A stretch of 64,000 nt of DNA from Amoebophrya sp. A120. Taxonomy: Eukaryota; Protista; Dinoflagellata. This document shows, piece by piece, positions 60,601 through 64,000 of the stretch. A program made the position numbers and the translations under genes. Under the pieces are notes generated by a model. It made no database searches. It was given only the letters and a program-made list of their open reading frames with translations, and was not told the DNA's origin. The stretch lies in NCBI GenBank assembly GCA_905178155.1, contig CAJINV010000003.1:2561065-2625064 (forward strand). Direction: 5' to 3'. Position 1 is the first letter of the stretch. Each line of letters starts with the position of its first letter.

Positions 60601-63600
60601 TGGAAGCGATGACCACACGGGGGAATTCCGAAAAGTCAAACCTTGCGCCAAAAATTTCGTACAGCTTTTCCGCCGCGGATTTGGACTTGTCACCCAGAAG
60701 ACTCTCGTCTACTTTCGATAACATCCACCCTGTGAACCCGAACTTCTTCATGCTGGCCGGTTGCGTGAGCAGCACTCGCCTCGCCAGTATCCCACAGAAA
60801 AAAGCTGGCAGGTCACATTTGTAATGCATAAAGACACAAAGAAATCTGTATTGCGTATCCTAAACAGCATGCTATGAGGCCGCCCATGATATATTTTTCT
60901 GTGTATTTATTTTTGCATTACAAATATGTCCTGCCAGCTTTTTTCTGTGGGATAGCCAGCTCTGCCAGCTGATGTGGCGGCGCAGAAAACTCTATGGATT
61001 GTAAAAATGTCTGGGTCTGGAAGGTTCTAAACTTGTAATGCTGTCCCTGGATTCTAAAAAACTTTGTATTGCATGACCAGCACGAGGACTCCAGTTTGTG
61101 CTACGCGGAAAGGGCATTTCTCATGCGGTAAAGGCATCACAAAGTCCTCTAAGGATCTGTGATGCTAGGGCATGCATCACAGACATCATGGATCATTCAA
61201 AATATGCATGACAAACCTGGCAATCTTCCAGACCCAGACATTTTTGCGGTTGATAAACTCGTCCGACGCTAGCTCTGTTGACCTTCTGTTTTTATCTTCC
61301 GTGAGTCCTAGTCTCTCGCCTTTTGCTGTTCCCATCTCAGCAGCAGCCTTCAACTTCTTCACGTCGTTTTCGTGACGATCAAGGGCAGATAAGGAAGCGG
61401 CTTTACGGCCAGGCTGGTCTCCTGAATTTTCTCGTTCTGTGGTTTTCTTTTTATTCCGTTTCCTCAAAGTTGTTTTATTCCCATTATCACCAGTGACAGC
61501 AAGCAGGTCGTGCTTGTGGTGTTGCAAGTCAACTTCCGGGGCCGTCGGCGTGGTCGCGGTCGTCGCCGAAAGCCTTTCCTTTTCGCTTTTGGACTTGGCC
61601 GCCTTGAATCGGAATAGGCTCTGTTCGTGCAGTGGACAGCGAACCCGAAAACACAAGTACCCGTCAAAGTTCTCGGCGTCCAGCGCTTCCGCGTCGACCA
61701 TCCTGAGAATTAGCGAGCGGGCGTTCCGAAGCACCAGCCGCAGACGCCCGCCGGTGAGGGAGTCTCGATCTTTTGCCTGCTTGCCTGCGAATAACGCGCT
61801 CATTGCGGTCGCTCCTCCGTTTTTGTCGCCAGCAGCTTCATTTGTCGCGATGTCTGAAGTAGAGGACACAAGAACTCCTGCAGCGCTCGCTTCCATCTCG
61901 GTAAGAAAAGTTTGGTTCTCGCGCCAGAGCTTCTCCCCTTCCAAGCTTTGGGCCCGCGTGGTTTCTTCGGAGCGGTGGAGCAGCACGAGCACAGCGGCCG
62001 TGAACGCGCGCCGGAGAACGTCGGCGTACTTCTTCTCGGGCAGGAGAACGAGTTCGGGACACAAATGCCGGATCGAAAACATCAGTAGCGACGGCAAGGT
62101 CGGCGTAACCACAGGCGAAAACAGCCCTGTCCCCGGGGCGAGGCGCGCGGACACGGTGTGGGGGGCGTCAGTCTTTTTATCGTCCATGAGGAAATTACTA
62201 AAAATATGAGGCGTAGAAGTACTGGTAGAAGCAGGTCCGACGGAGTCGTCGACTCGTTGGGCCTTGGCCGCGAGCAACGTCTCGAGAGTGTGCTGGTCGA
62301 GCAGGCGTTCCGTGTGCGGACCTTTGGGTAAGTGGCCAGCAGAGACAAACGCTTGGGTCAACTGCTCAAAGCGGCGCAGCCCCGCTATCTGCAGTTCGTG
62401 CGTCTCCAGAACCTCCAGCGGGGGACGCAGATGTGCGATGGGTGTGCGGGTGGGGAGATACTCGTAGCTTTCAAAATACTGCGCTACAACAGCTCGGGCA
62501 GCAGCAGCTTCCTGATTGGAGTCGAATGCTGTGCTTCTGGCAGCGGTTGCGGCATGTAGTTCTTGCACTGCGGGCGACTGCTGACGCTTCAACAAAGTTT
62601 GTCCGGGCTCGCTGGCTTCGTGTGCTGGTCGTGCGAGATGTTGAAACATTGGGCCTCCGGCCTGCGGCATGCATATTCGCGCAACGTCGTTTTTCAGGGC
62701 AACAGTCCAGAAATCGTCGAGGGGGTGCCTGGTCGCCAGTCGTTTCCCGTGGTACAGACTCAAGAAGAAGATGCACCGTGTGTCCAGGGCCTGGTCAACA
62801 ACGGGGGTGCGAGGCTCTGTGTCTCCGAATACCCTCACCATTCGCCTTTTCTCCGCGTGTGCGGCCTGAAGAATCGTCCGGTCGAGGTCTTCCGCTTCCA
62901 CATCAACGTCGTCTAACTTCGCGCGCGCAGCTGCGACGGCCTTGCGCTCCGAGTCGGCCAGGGCTTGCAACTGTTCTCGCCGCGCCGCAGCGTTGATCAT
63001 CGGGCCCGCCGGGGCAGCAGCTCCGTCGAGATGACCCGTCTCCCCCTCCTCGGCGCTCAAATTTCGACTGTCATCTTCAGAGGGCGCGGACTCTTCATCC
63101 TGCTCGACATCTGCCACATCTTCCGGCAGTGCATCGGCGGCTGAAACTACACCAAGCGCAGCAGCTCTCGACGTCGACCTCCCACCCGTACCTACGGCCA
63201 TAAGCTCGTCGACGCCAGCCTGCGTCGCGGACCCGATTCCGATGCGGCTGGGGGCCGCGTCGCCGAGGATGCCGACCGTCTCCTCCGGCCCCTGCAGCTG
63301 CTCCTCGTAGTACAAAACCGGCGGCGGTGGATCGCGGTAATACAGTAGCGCCGCTGCTGCTGGCGCAGCTGCTGTCGCTGTATTTGCAGCTGCGGCGGGC
63401 ACACTCGTCGGCGGTTCCTCCGCGATTCGCTCCACCTCTCCACCAGGTGCTGACTCCGCGGCCCCAAGAACTACTCCAGGAGCCGCCACGGCTCGACCGC
63501 GCGCTTGCCGTTCCCGAAGGCGGGCAGCGCGCTGCTCTCGCTCTTGTCGCTCTTCCTGCAACAAGGTTTCCGCACGGCAGATGTGCGTGCACTCCTGCAT

Positions 63601-64000
63601 GGTGAAGACGCGCTGGCCCTTCTCAATGGCTTCGGCACGCTCGGGGCCAAACAGCATGTTGACGTCCTCGAACCCGCCATCCGGCGCAAGTGCCTCGACC
63701 GCAAAGGCTTTCGAAAACAGGCCCGGAACCGGGAAGGGATTCTCTTCGGAACTGCGCTCCGCGACGAGCGCGTGGTCGGGATTCAGTTCGTCTCCGTCCT
63801 GGCGCAGCTGGCGGCGCTCCCGCTTGGTTTTCGCTAGTCGCGCCGACGCGGAAGCAGCAAACGCTTTTCGGTCACCGTAGGCACCGTGGAGGTCGTCGTC
63901 GTCTTGCGGCGCGTTGTCTTCCCTGATGCGCACCACCTTCGCGGCGTACAAACGCCTGCACACGCGCCCGAAATCAACGGTGCGCGAAAAGATCCCGACT
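54614..64000 (-). CDS. Very large protein with several PDZ-like domains (5' end beyond the window)
   Basis: PDZ-like segments FGFGVSW..VVVTKVLPDSVAAGRGLQPGDVLV, LIREITLGKWADRHHLQAGDEIVAVN and PLGVEW..IGRIADRSWARACELEKEDELLAIN; one continuous frame after removing 9 introners. Confidence 0.78.
54734..54980. mobile_element. Introner family G
   Basis: DR TCCCA/TCCCA; ends TATGGGATTCTCAA / TTGAGAATCCCATA. Confidence 0.9.
55053..55215. mobile_element. Introner family A, degenerate
   Basis: TCTGGGTCTGG/CCAGACCCAGA core; DR decayed (GTCAC/GGAAG) but 5-nt removal restores frame. Confidence 0.75.
55390..55679. mobile_element. Introner family A, degenerate
   Basis: DR CTCAT/CTGCT; frame restored. Confidence 0.8.
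56538..56697. mobile_element. Introner family A, short
   Basis: DR CTCCT/CTCCT; frame restored. Confidence 0.85.
56768..57032. mobile_element. Introner family A
   Basis: DR AACGA/AACGA; ~32-bp TIR. Confidence 0.92.
58541..58894. mobile_element. Introner family G-like, old copy
   Basis: TIR TATGGCGCTCTCAC vs TATGGCGCGCTCAA; no recognisable DR, but 5-nt removal restores frame. Confidence 0.65.
60247..60475. mobile_element. Introner, singleton family H
   Basis: ~35-bp imperfect TIR TATCGTACGAAAAAAGTTTTTCACTGTAAGTGTAA; DR CGTCC/TGTCC. Confidence 0.85.
60788..60954. mobile_element. Introner family C
   Basis: Perfect 25-bp TIR TATCCCACAGAAAAAAGCTGGCAGG; DR GCCAG/GCCAG. Confidence 0.95.
60993..61255. 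mobile_element. Introner family A
   Basis: DR AACTC/AACTC; homolog of 7562-7826. Confidence 0.92.

Overview
Eukaryotic, gene-dense DNA, most likely an alveolate. The intron architecture points to an Amoebophrya/Syndiniales-type parasitic dinoflagellate (inference). About 10 genes can be reconstructed: an EF-hand/coiled-coil protein, a hypothetical protein, an AIFM2/FSP1-like oxidoreductase, a membrane-anchored calpain, a Cys-rich protein, a secreted coiled-coil protein, a second hypothetical protein, an Aurora kinase, a signal-peptide+TM kinase, a short coiled-coil protein and a giant multi-PDZ protein. The dominant feature is a massive invasion by transposon-like non-canonical introns (introners). 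I delimited 47 by eye, in about 9 terminal-inverted-repeat (TIR) families; almost all are 149-383 bp and two are over 1.2 kb. Nearly all begin TAT(C/G), end (G/C)ATA and are flanked by a 5-bp direct repeat (DR). For the 46 that lie in reconstructed genes, removing the element plus 5 nt restores the reading frame, including across the calpain catalytic domain and two EF-hands. Most lack GT-AG ends, the same subfamily sits in both orientations within one gene, near-identical copies exist, and a local exon duplication preserves an empty pre-insertion site. A separate 3-kb TIR element contains a 0.9-kb internal duplication and a palindromic centre. No transposase was found in the window. All coordinates were read manually and may be off by a few nt.
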